DNA of 64,000 nucleotides from Octopus sinensis. Taxonomy: Eukaryota. Of this stretch, positions 38,612 to 50,489 are shown one piece after another (the first letter of the stretch is position 1; each line of letters begins with the position of its first letter). The stretch lies in NCBI RefSeq assembly GCF_006345805.1, contig NC_042999.1:37882001-37946000 (forward strand), given 5' to 3'. Below the pieces are notes generated by a model. The model was not told the origin of the DNA, made no database searches, and saw only the letters and a program-made list of their open reading frames with translations. The translations under genes and the position numbers were made by a program.

Positions 38612-39155
38612 TGCCTTGATGCAGTACCAGGTAGTGGCTCGCATGGCTTTTGATCTTAACTGTTTGGAAGTGTTATAATGTACATCGTTTTGCTTTGGTA
38701 TAAAGATACGAATATTCTTCTCCATACCACAGATTGCTTGTGCGTGTCAGTTGTTTGACCATAACCAGTTGAGTATGTCCCTTAGTAGCTGACGATAAGT
38801 GCATCTCTGACACGAGTAGAATTAGTGGGGGAGCATAATAGTCATGTGTTGAGAGGAATTCTTTGGGGGTTTGTATAATTCACCTCTGGAACCATAGGTG
38901 TTTTGTTCATCATACTTAAACACTTAGGAACCTTTTGAGCCGGACGGGCTACTCAACCTGAAGAAAATTTTAACTGGGCCCCACCTGCGAGGTCATGTGC
39001 TGTTTATCTTAATATAAAGATCCCCATGAGTCGCACACATGGTTGTGATGCATGTGCCAGGTGTGCCCTTATCAGAGGAGTATTCATGATGGGTATGTTG
39101 GGCTTCGTATATTTTACCCCAGTGTCACTTTGATGGCATGCGCTGCTCTCTCACT
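38612..39155 (+). mobile_element. Unclassified ~545-bp non-coding element embedded in (TAA)n
   Basis: Complex sequence with sharp ends between a long (AAT)n tract and TAAT; no RT similarity and no clear tRNA head seen. Confidence 0.45.
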
Positions 39156-39161
39156 TAATTA

Positions 39162-39189
<28 letters not shown>

Positions 39190-39201
<12 letters not shown>

Positions 39202-41336
39202 TTTTTTTTTTCTTCTTTCAAATTTTCTTCCATTTCTTGCCGAGTGTCTTCCCGACTCCTAGGGCAAAGAAACTCATAGTGTATATTGGTAGGCCATTAA
39301 ACCAAACTCAGTAGTTCGTTCATTTTTTTTTTTTTTTAAAGTTAAATTAAAATACATGAGCAGCAACAGTTCTCACATCGACAATGCTCTTCTCAATACG
39401 TGTGATGTACCAGTTAAGACAATCTTTTGCACTTCTTGCAGGGATGGTAAGCCAGGGATCATTCTCATATAATTTTCGGTTCCCTTCTTGATCATTCCTA
39501 GTGCTCCTACGATCACTGGTATTGTAACCGCCTTGAGATGCCACATTTTCTCAATTTCAATGAGTAGGTCTTTATATTTTCTGAGCTTGTCAAACTCTTT
39601 CGCAGAGATATTATGATCACAGGGGATGCTCATGTCGATCAATAAGCAAACTTTATTGTTTTGGTCTTTCACAACAATATCTGGTTTATTGGCCTTGATG
39701 GTTCGGTCTGTATGTACTGGAAAGTCCCACAGAATGGTTACATTTTCTCTTTCAGTTACAGCCTCAAGGTGGTGATTATACCACTTGTCGGCAGTTTTGA
39801 TATTGTAATGCCGACTTATTAGCCAGTGGAGATATTGGCCAACTCTGTCATGTCTTAATTTATACTCCACTGGTGCTAAGACTTTACATCCAGAGATTAG
39901 GTGGTCCACTGTTTCAATCATGTCGTTGCAGAATCGGCATTTTGGGTCTGCTCCATTTTTCATCACATTGGCCTGGTAGTTCCGGGTTAATAGGCTTTGA
40001 TCTTGAGCAGCCAGGATGAAACCTTCGCTTTCTGCTTTTAGCCCTGAGCTCCGCAGCCACTGATGGGTTTGCTTCTGGTCAACATCAGCTTGTTTGCTGC
40101 GGGTCACATATTTGCCGTGCAGAGGTTTCTACTCCCACCTATCAGCCAATTGCTCGTGCGCTTTTTTCATTGCCATCATTTTCACCTTCTTTGCAACAAT
40201 AGTTGCCGTACCTCCCTCGGGTTGTTCAGTTTGGGTATCCTGCACGAGATCAATAGCAAATTTTTTGCTTTCCTTGATGATAGAATGAAGCTTCTTTCGT
40301 CTCTCGTGATTTTCCACGAGCTTTAGCATCCAGTCATTCGATATTTCGAGATATTTGGCCAGTCCAATTGTGGTTGTTTTGTAAGCTAGTTCAAATTGGA
40401 TCAGGCCTCGACCTCCTTGGGCTCTGGGAAGGTAAAGGCGATCTACGTCTGCCTTTTGGTGGTGCATCCTGTTACAACTCAGCAGCTTGCGTATTTTTCT
40501 ATCTATATTCTTTACTTCACTCATATTCCAGTTCAACACATTGTAGCTATAAGTAACAACTGGAACTGCTAAGGAATTTATAGCTAACACCTTGTTACGT
40601 GCATTTAGTTCAGATTTCAGGACTGCACGAACTCTCCTATAACATTCCTTCCTGATTTTCTCTTTCATGCTTGCATGCTGAATACCAGAGCCTTCATTTA
40701 TCCCTAAATATTTGTATGTCTGTTCTTTCTCAAGCTCTCTTATGACTGTGTCAACATCTATCACGACTGAATTTGTGGTCTTCACTTTCCCTTTCTGGAA
40801 AGTGGCCTTGGCACACTTCTCAAGTCCAAACTCCATCCCGATGTCATCGCTGAATGCTTTCACGATGCGCAATAGGCCTTCAAGTTCATTATTGTCTTTA
40901 CCATAAAGTTTTAAGTCATCCATATAAAATAGATGGCTTATTTTTTTATTGGCAATTTTATACCCATACCCTGTTCTGTTTAATTCACTTGTAAGGGGTA
41001 TTAGGGCTATGCAGAATATTAAAGGTGAAAGTGAGTCACCTTGAAAAATTCCACAGTTGATGTTTATATTTTCTGAGGCAAGCACTCCATTAGAGTGGTA
41101 TAATTGGAGATTCGTATTCCACAACGACATATTGTGCTTCAGGAAGTTTGAAATCACAGGGGAAATTTTAAAGATGTCCAGCGATCTCAAGATCCATGGA
41201 TGCGGTATACTGTCGAAGGCCTTTTTATAGTCAATCCATGCGGTGATGAGATTTCTGCGCTTGTGACAGTTCTCAAGGATCATACGATTGATTAGCAGTT
41301 GATCTTTGCATCCGTAAGAGCCTCGGCGGCACCCTT
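39190..41336 (-). mobile_element. Dong/R4-clade retrotransposon, copy B (5'-truncated, one premature stop)
   Basis: ORFs 40129..41283 and 39373..40107 are in frame across a single TAG (copy A has GAG); WIDYKKAFDSIPH, GIFQGDSLSP, YMDD, CCHC, KPDIVV...LIDMSIP; (TTA)n on both sides. Confidence 0.95.
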
Positions 41337-41349
41337 TTTGTTATTATTA

Positions 41350-41407
<58 letters not shown>

Positions 41408-41408
41408 T

Positions 41409-43503
41409 ATGTTTGACTTTTGCTTTATATTTGTACAAGTTGACTCCAAGTCTCACCCAGAGACCTCAAGAGACAACAGGGTTGGAAGTTCATGTTGTTG
41501 TTATGCCTAGTGTGCCATATATTTGGGGGGTGGGGATGTTGTACTAATGAATGTCTAAAGAAAAAAGGTTTTTTTTTTTTTTTTTAAACCGAAAATTATG
41601 TTTGTTTTAAACCTTGAGATTACATAGAGAGTATTTTGCGTAGGATATGAGCAGTTCCCATGAGCACTATCTCTTGAACTTCTGCCATTTTTAGGTTTCC
41701 TGGTATCTGAGTTAGGTAGCTATCAGCCCCTTTTGCTATCATTCCCAGGGCACCTATGACAACAGGTATTGTTTTAGTCTTCAGCTTCCACATTTTGCTG
41801 ATTTCTATTTCAAGATCTTTATATTTGCTCAGTTTTTGGTAGGTCTTGACAGATACGTTTATATCGATTGGGACAGTCATATCAATGAGGAGGCATGTTC
41901 TTTGTTTGAAGTCTTTCAATATGATGTCTGGCCTATTTGCATCTATCTTCCTGTCAGTTTGAATGGTGAAGTTCCAGAGGAGTGAGATGTGGTCATTTTC
42001 AAGCACTGGGGGTGGTTTGTGTTCCCACCAGTTTTTTTCATGGGGCAAATCCAGGTTTTTACAGATTACCCAGTGAATATATTGTGCAGCTCTATCGTGC
42101 CTGTTGAGATACTCTGTAGGCGCTAGAAGACTGCACTTGGAGACCACATGGTCAATGGTTTCATTTTGTTGCTTGCATACACGACACGTTGGACTGCTTC
42201 TGATCTTTAATATGTTGGCCTGGTAGTTTCTTGTTGGTAGGCATTGATCTTGAGCTGCTATGATAAACCCCTCTGTTTCAGATTTTAAGCCAGAGGCCAT
42301 TAGCCATTGATGGGTCAGGGCTTTGTCGATATCTGCATTATTCGCTCTCTTTGGGTATTTGCCATAGAGAGGTTTTTCTTGCCATTTATTATTCAGAATA
42401 TCTAAGGCCGCGGTTTTGGCACGGGTTTTCATGCGCCTAGCTTTTTCTGTGCTTGTTTCTTGTATATCTATCTCTAATTCCGAAATTGGTTGTATTCGGA
42501 ATTCACTTAGATATTCCTTTGCCTGTTTTGTGACTGAGTATGATGCTTTCTTGTTTTCATGTTTTGAGACAAGTTTTAACATCCAGTCCTCAGAGTTTTT
42601 CAGGTAGGTGTCTAGGCCAATTGTAGCAATCTTCATTGTTATTGCCAGTTGCAAAAGACCACGGCCTCCCTCTTTTCTTGGCAGATAGAGTCGTTCTGTA
42701 TCTGCCTTAGGGTGGTGCATTATATGCATTGTCAACAGTTTCCTTATTTTTCTATCGAGCTGACATATTTCAGTAATTGACCAGTTAACAATATTGAAAC
42801 TGTAAGTCACGACTGGTATAGCTAATGCATTGATCGCTTCGATCCTGTTTCTGGCATTCAGCTCTGTCTTGAGTATTGCTCTCACTCTTCGATAGCATTC
42901 TCTCCTGATCCTTTCCTTCATCTCTGAATGCCTTATTCCGTTCCCTTCAATTACCCCTAGGTACTTGTAGCTCTCCGCTGGGTCTAGTTCTTTTATGACA
43001 TTCTGTTGGTCAAGGTTAACGTTAGATGTTTCTGTCATTTTTCCTTTGATAAAGGTAGCCTTTGCACATTTATCGAGGCCGAATTGCATTCTGATGTCGT
43101 CACTGAATTGTTTGACTATCGCTAGTAAGCCCTTGAGTTGTTGATCATTTTTGCAAAAAGCTTTAAATCATCCATGTAAACGAGATGATTTATATTTTTA
43201 TCAAACATTTTATACCCGTACTGCGCGTCATTGAGCAGCTTTGAGAGAGGTATTAAGGATAAACAAAAGAGGAGTGGTGACAGTGAGTCACCCTGGAAAA
43301 TGCCACACGAAATTTTTACATCACCAGCATTTAGGGATTCACTGTCACTGTTCAGAGTTAGTGTGGTTCTCCATGATCTCATACTTACAGTCAAGAAGTT
43401 TCGCAGAGTTGGTGCTATCTTATACATTTCAAGGCATTTCCTAATCCAGCTATGTGGTAGGCTATCAAAAGCCTTTTTATAGTCTATCCAGGCTATTGAT
43501 AAG

Positions 43504-43508
<5 letters not shown>
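41409..43508 (-). mobile_element. Dong/R4-clade retrotransposon, copy C (different subfamily, 5'-truncated)
   Basis: AWIDYKKAFDSLPH, GIFQGDSLSP, YMDDLKLF, CRVC...ETIDHVVSKC, RPDII...LIDMTVP...KLSKYKDL; different 3' UTR from A/B; bounded by (TTA)n. Confidence 0.95.
41620..43089 (-). CDS. Open 489-aa C-terminal part of the Dong/R4 ORF (RT thumb, CCHC knuckle, PD-(D/E)xK endonuclease)
   Basis: Uninterrupted ORF in the track; joins the upstream RT part after one missing A in the run at about 43131-43145. Confidence 0.85.
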   Translation of the reverse strand: MQFGLDKCAKATFIKGKMTETSNVNLDQQNVIKELDPAESYKYLGVIEGNGIRHSEMKERIRRECYRRVRAILKTELNARNRIEAINALAIPVVTYSFNIVNWSITEICQLDRKIRKLLTMHIMHHPKADTERLYLPRKEGGRGLLQLAITMKIATIGLDTYLKNSEDWMLKLVSKHENKKASYSVTKQAKEYLSEFRIQPISELEIDIQETSTEKARRMKTRAKTAALDILNNKWQEKPLYGKYPKRANNADIDKALTHQWLMASGLKSETEGFIIAAQDQCLPTRNYQANILKIRSSPTCRVCKQQNETIDHVVSKCSLLAPTEYLNRHDRAAQYIHWVICKNLDLPHEKNWWEHKPPPVLENDHISLLWNFTIQTDRKIDANRPDIILKDFKQRTCLLIDMTVPIDINVSVKTYQKLSKYKDLEIEISKMWKLKTKTIPVVIGALGMIAKGADSYLTQIPGNLKMAEVQEIVLMGTAHILRKILSM

Positions 43509-43556
<48 letters not shown>

Positions 43557-43845
43557 AATAATAATATATTATATTATTATTATTATTAATAATAATATTA
43601 TTATTATATATTATTATTATTATTAATAATAATAATAATAATAATTATTATTATTATTATTATAATAATATTATTATAATTATTATAATAATAATTATAA
43701 TAATTATTATAATTATTATAATAATAATTATAATAATAATTATTATAATTATTATAATAATAATTATAATAATAATAATAATAATAATAATAATTAATTA
43801 TTATTATTATTATTAATAATAATATTATTATATTATTATTATTAT

Positions 43846-43927
<82 letters not shown>

Positions 43928-43928
43928 T
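43505..43928. repeat. (TTA)n/(TAA)n tract with several polarity switches
   Basis: About 420 bp alternating blocks of TTA and TAA. Confidence 0.95.
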
Positions 43929-44351
43929 TTGGACCCGTGGAAATTGCACACAACGAAAATGATTAAGAGAAGCTTTTTAAAAAGGAAAGGATGTTTCCGA
44001 ATAAGACGAGGATGAAACGTTAAAATTACTTTGTTAATGTTTAATCAATAATGTTGGTGTTTTATCATTGTTGAATATGTCATCTACAGATATTGACAGA
44101 TATTGGTCTTGTTGACGTTTTTGTAATTTTTGTTTGTTGTCGTTTCGAGATTGTTGTTCTCATTGTCGCAGCTGCTGCTTCTGCTACGGTTCTTGTTGTT
44201 ATTACAACTATTGTTACTGTCTCTTTTGCTCTTCTCACTGCTGTTTCTACTGCTCTTGATTTTGCCATTGTTATCTGGCCCAAATGAAGGCATGACTGAT
44301 CATTTCTTTTATAAAGGTGTCTAGTCATGACGAATGGTGACTTTTCTATGA

Positions 44352-44768
44352 TATTTATTTCTTTATTGCCCACAAAGGGTTAAACATTGAGGGGACAAAC
44401 AAGGACAGAAAAAGGGATTAAGTCGATTATATCGACCCCAATGCGTAACTCGTACTTTATTTATCGACCCCGAAATGATGAAAGGCAAAGTCAACCTCGG
44501 CGGAATTTGAACTCAGAACATAACGGCAGACGAAATACCTATTTCTTTACTACCTACAAGGGACTACACACAGAGGGGAGAAACAAGGACAGACAAACGG
44601 ATTAAGTCGATCATATCGACCCCAGTGCGTAACTGGTACTCATTTAATCGACCCCGAAAGCATGAAAGGCAAAGTTGACCGGAATTTGAACTCAGAACGT
44701 AGCGGCAGACGAAATTCTGCTAAGCATTTAGCTCGGCGCGCTAACGTTTCTGCTAGCTCGTCGCCTTA
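44352..44768 (-). mobile_element. SINE family B, head-to-tail dimer
   Basis: Full copy at about 44540-44768 followed on the reverse strand by a head-less second unit at about 44352-44539. Confidence 0.8.
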
Positions 44769-45309
44769 ATTTCGCCCGGCGGGCGAACGTTTCTGCCAGC
44801 CCGTCTATAATATAACTAGGATTACATTATCCACAATGTATGTCGTTTTTTCTAAGAAGACATTGTTCAAGCTGAAGGATCTTGGGTTCCTTTCTTCAGC
44901 AGGTCCAACGACTATCTAGTCGAATCTCTTATAAGTTTGTTGTCTAAGTCATTACTTTCACGTTTTTTCCACAGGTCAGACTTGATCTAGAAGACCTAAG
45001 ATCAAACCAGTCGAAATTTCAGTGTGAAGACCCCGTGTACAGAGGATCACATTATACAATATGTCTCTTCCGTATTTAAGAGAATAGGATGCAATATGAA
45101 AGAAGTTTAGCTGACTGCAAAACACAAACTCTCTTTCAGAGGTTTGTTGTCCCTGCTTTTTTGTGAATCGATGGGGGTATGTTTCTTGTTTTCCTCTTCA
45201 TTTCTGGCGTCTTTGTTATTGGATTGTGTTGTGTATTTGAATTTAGACATCGCTGCTGTTGTTACGTTTCCTATTTCATATATGACTTTCAACGAAAGAG
45301 ACAGAGACC

Positions 45310-45970
45310 ACTGCATCGAATCCGCTCATTGGGCTCTCGAAGACTCAGCAGGCACGTATTAAAGGACGACGAGCTCTCCCTCCGAACAAAACTCATGGTG
45401 TTCCGCGACGTTGTCATCTTCACCTTGCTCTTCATTTGCGAGACATAGACTCTGTATCGAAAAGACCTGAAAAGGCTTGCGCGTTTCCAAGAAGCTAAGC
45501 TTCGGTACGTCCTCAATATCAAATGGCAACGAAGTCCTCAATCGCTTAGAAGAGCCGAACTTTGAAGCTGCCACCGTCAAGCACCACCCCAGGTGGTCAG
45601 GACATGTCATCAGAATGGCCCTTTCAAAACTACCGCTGACCATTCTCTAAATCGAGCTCGTCAACTGCAAACTATATCGAGGAACCTCGTCCAAAAAACG
45701 CAGTTTCAAGCACCAACTGAAACCTTTCCTCCTTCATGCCGGAATCATCCTCAATGCCCAGGAAACAGAAACCGCCGACCGTTCATCCCGGTGAAGAGCA
45801 ATTAATTTCGGCTGTTCTCGTTTGGAGGTGGAGACTGAAATTGAAGCAAAAAGAAGGCAACGAACCGCTACTCCAGCCCAGACCACCACCCGTTCTGTCA
45901 TATGATCAAAACTGAAACTGTTCCATTTCCAACTTGACCTTCTGAGCCGTGTAAGGTTTAATCGTGAAGG
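45310..45970 (+). mobile_element. RTE/BovB-like LINE 3' fragment, degraded
   Basis: LSLRTKLMVFRDVVIFTLLFICET-TLYRKDLKRLARFQEAKLRYVLNIKWQ and WSGHVIRM, typical post-RT RTE motifs. Confidence 0.8.
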
Positions 45971-46179
45971 AGGCAACGGATGAACCAGATTCAGACACGA
46001 CTGATGCCGCCGCCGCCACCGACGTCAACGATTATTTTATACCAAAACATCTCGCTTGCTTCCGTTAGGATTTCTGTGTTATTTCATCTTTCTTTGTCTT
46101 GCATTAATCGTATTTTTTTTTATTTGAATGTTTCGTTTATATATTTCCTTTTATCTTTTACTTCTTTGAGTCATTAGAG

Positions 46180-46719
46180 TGTGGGCATGCTGGGGCACCG
46201 TTTTGAGGAGGTTTTAGTCAAATGTATCGACCCCAGAACTTATTGTTTTTAAAGCCTGGTACTTATTCTATCGGACTCTTTTGCCAAACCGCTAGGTTAC
46301 GGAGACGAAAACACACCAACACCTTTTTCCAAGCGGTGGTGATGGATAAACACAGACAAACACACACGCTCGAACGCATACGTACACACACACACGCATA
46401 CACACAAATATATGACGGAATTATTTCAATTTTCTACCTAATCACTCACAAGGTTTTGATCGGCCGGGGACTGTTGTAGAAGACACTTGCCCATGGTACC
46501 ATGCAGCGGGACTGAACCCAGAACCGTATGGTTAGGAAACAAATCTCTTACCACACATCCACACGGATATTAGACGGTCTTCTTTCAATTTTCTACCTAA
46601 TCCACTCACAAGGTTTTGATCGGCCGGGGACTGTTGTAGAAGACACTTGCCCGTGGTACCATGCAGCGGGACTGAACCCAGAACCGTATGGTTACGAAAC
46701 AAACCTCTTACCACACATC
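46180..46719 (-). mobile_element. Diverged SINE family A with duplicated 5' half
   Basis: 46414-46559 and 46573-46719 are near-identical copies of the head/CORE part. Confidence 0.8.
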
Positions 46720-48785
46720 TACAATTGCACCTATTTATTACTTATTATTTCTTACATTATTTATTGACGTTTAATATTATTTATGATTTAGATTTATTAA
46801 TGATTTATTTATTTATACATTTGTTATTTATTTATCGATCTACTGATCAATCTATTTACTCTTACATTTTAACTGTACGTCTGTCTGTACTTTGAATCTT
46901 TACACTTAAGTTTGCCGCCGTCTATGTTTTCAAAGGCAAGATTATGTACGTGCACTTATTTTACGAAATCTAATACGGGGCGACGCACATCTGTTGCTAA
47001 AAAAGAACAAATAATGTGTATAAGTAAAATAAGCTTTATAGAATGGTTTCCCCAAATCCGTTTTATTTTAAAGAATTGTGATTGTTCCTGTAGTCTTCTG
47101 TTTTCAGTATTGTTATTGTTGTTGTTGCATTGTGATATTTATATATTCGCTTCATTTGGAAGTATCATTATGTCTTCTTCTTTCCTTTGATCTGTCAGTT
47201 AGTCGACAAAGCTCCAATAAAAGAACAAAGAATATTTTTCTATAAAACGACTCACTCAGTAATATACGGAAGTTATTTCGTTCACCTCACACATCAGACT
47301 TCTTCAAAGTCTGACCGTCTAACACTACCTCTACCCACTCTTTCTCTCTCTCTCTATCTCACTTGATGTCCCTCTCCACATAACCACAACAACTCGCCAT
47401 GTCACTCCATCAAAATCAATTCCTTCATCTTTTTTCTTAGCCACAGCTCGAACAACCATGCCTTCACCTCTTTCTTCCCCACTCTCTTACGAATCTTATA
47501 GTCTTTACACATCACTGTATTTAAACTTATTAAACTCGCTTCTAAACCTCCATACTGAGTTAATTGTTGTCTACACAGACCATCTCCAATTTCCACAGGT
47601 TTGGTGTCTTAATCTATCCTGATTAATATTCATAGTATTTTACTAAAATGGTGGTTGATAATCACACCCGCAATGTGGAAAACACGTTATTTTCTAAATA
47701 CCCCTTGCATAATTGTTTTCATTCTTTATACAAAAGAGAAAAGGGTTTAATTTCGAACATAGAATATAAACGCCTATAGAGAACCTGGTTTCATGGTTGT
47801 TAAGAAGAGGAAAGGTGAATGTCTTTTCCCAGATAGAAAATCAGTGTATCACAAATGATATTTTCAAGTTGACTGGCATTTTATCAGGTCGAGTAACATT
47901 AAAGTGGCCCCTAAATTGTCTCAAATGGTCCTTTTTATGCTGTGCAGCTGCTGCTACATAAAACGGGCTAAAATGTTGGTCAGTGGCATTGATATATTAG
48001 AACCTAATAAAATGTCTACTTCTACTCCTGTCTAGACATTATATGACACCTTCTGGTAATATATATTTAATTATTTATTTTCATTTATCTCATTTTCTTG
48101 CAGTAAAAGCGTAAAAAACAAATATGCTAGCAATTGTATAGCAAGAAATATTTCGTAGACTTTGTGGAGATAAAAATGTATTTGATAAGGATATTAACTT
48201 CTTATGCTTTCCACGTTACGTCTAGTACAGATGGAAGATATCTGGTTAATAATGATTTGGGTACATTAAGTATGATTAATTCTCTCATTTTCTACTTTTA
48301 TGAGTCGTGTTTTTAGAGTAACATTGGTTTTATAGGTTTTATTGCTATTGTTTTAAAGTTCAGCCTACAGACTTCAGATTAAAAGTGTTTCAGACGTAAT
48401 GTCCCCATGTCTGTAGGATCAAATATATGCACTTTTTGGATGTTAGGGTGTGATTTGAGAAAGATTTCGTCGCTATTTCTATCAGGTCTTGTAAACAAAG
48501 AAGACATCACTCGTCTGTATTCTGGTCTACAGCGTGTTACATAATATTTTAAGTAGTAAATGAACGCAAAGTTGTTTAAGAAATTCCAGTCGGTAATACA
48601 CGAGTTCAACGAACGAGGATTTAGGTGCAAGAAGAAATATATATATATATATGTATATATATTTGGAAACAGAAAAAAAATTTTGTTTTTCTTTCGCGTT
48701 TTAGTATGGTTATTCTAAAGATAAGAAATAATGATTTTTATCTGAAGGAAAACACGTCTGTTCTGCTGTGATTCTGAATAGTTCT

Positions 48786-48862
<77 letters not shown>

Positions 48863-48901
48863 GTATATATATATATAGATATATATATACATGCATATAT
48901 G

Positions 48902-48950
<49 letters not shown>

Positions 48951-49585
48951 TATATATATATATATTATATATATATATATATATATACATGCATATATTA
49001 TATATATATATACATACATATATATATGTATGCATGTATATACATATATATACATAATATATAATTTATATATATATATACATATATATATGTGTGTGTG
49101 TGTGTATCTTTGCGTCTGTGTTTGTTCCCCCACCATTGCTCGACAACCGACGTTGGTGTGGTTATATCCCCGTAACTTTGCAGTTTGGCAACAGAGACTG
49201 TTAGAATATGTACAAGGCTTAGAAAGAATAAGTTCTGAGGTCGATTTATTCGACTAGAACCCTCCAAAGCGGTGCTCCAGCATCGCCGCAGTCAAATAAC
49301 TCGTTTCTCGCTAATACAAGGAGCAATGCCTTATATCTTAGTTTGCGTGCTTCATCCTCCTAAGTAATTGGTAGCACAATCACGTTCACCTGACTGCACT
49401 ATAACTCTCCCATACTCTATACAACACATTACATGCACGCAACCATACAGCTGCACATCTCATCGTCTGCATGGATCAGTCCTAGACATCCATATGATCA
49501 CATGATCTAAACATATTATACACAAACAGACAACAGTACAAAAACATAACTAACTTCACTAATGCTCGTAACATTTTACAAATAC

Positions 49586-49999
49586 TTATCTTTACTTGTT
49601 TCAGTCATTTGACTGTGGCCATACTGGAGCACCGCCTTTAGTCGAGCAACTCGACCCCGGGACTTATTCTCTGTAAGCCTAGTACTTTTTCTATCAGTCT
49701 CTTTTTGCCGAACCGCTAAGTGATGGGGACATAAACACACCAGCATCGGTTGTCAAGCAATGCTAGGGGGACAAACACAGACACACAAACACACACACAT
49801 ACATATACATATATACGACAGGCTTCTTTCAGTTTCCGTCTACCAAATCCACTCACAAGGCATTGGTGGGCCCGGGGCTATAGCAGAAGACACTTACCCA
49901 AGATGCCACGCAGTGGGACTGAACCCGGAACCATGTGGTTGGTTAGCAAGCTACTTACCACACAGCCACTCCTGCACCTATAGCCACTCCTGCGCCTAT
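49586..49999 (-). mobile_element. SINE family A, full length
   Basis: Full architecture; the 5'-terminal 18 bp (AGCCACTCCTGCRCCTAT) occurs twice. Confidence 0.9.
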
Positions 50000-50489
50000 A
50001 CCCACATACATACCCCTATTGTTAATCAGACTTGTAATCATTTGTGCACACGCTACCGCCCGCCACCTATCTTCTCTTATCTCCTAGCACCCCTTAGCCT
50101 TTCTTCTCAGCCCTATTCCTTGGTACCTTCAACACTTCTCCTTTCTCAATCATACCCTCCAATACTCGCTCATAATATCAATCTGACACACCATCTCCAC
50201 TTACTCTTAGCGCGATCATTTCTCCGGTTGCCTTTCGGACTAACGGCCAAACGCATACATTACTGTACGTAACACAAAGACACACAAGTACTTTAAGTAC
50301 GTATTGTTTCTTTAATCTCGATTCTTACTCTACTTCTTTCCTTTGACATTTTATGGCTTACTATTCTCTCTGTTTTTACTCCTGCTTGTTTACATTTAGT
50401 CTATCACATTTCGAAGTTTTGTCCTTCTTTTGTAAACTCTCCCGCTGACCACATGTCCGTTTTTTATTCCATTTGTGTTATTTCTACTA

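Noticed and set aside
44352-46719. Repeat-spacer-like periodicity suggesting a CRISPR array
   Set aside because: Units are SINE duplications of 160-185 bp, there are no unique spacers or cas genes, and the context is eukaryotic.
48379-48630. 83-aa ORF and nearby splice-like signals in non-repeat DNA
   Set aside because: No recognisable domain and no consistent exon frame; expected by chance.
49300-49560. Possible RTE 3' fragment on the minus strand (also 31960-32160)
   Set aside because: Too degraded to assign with confidence.
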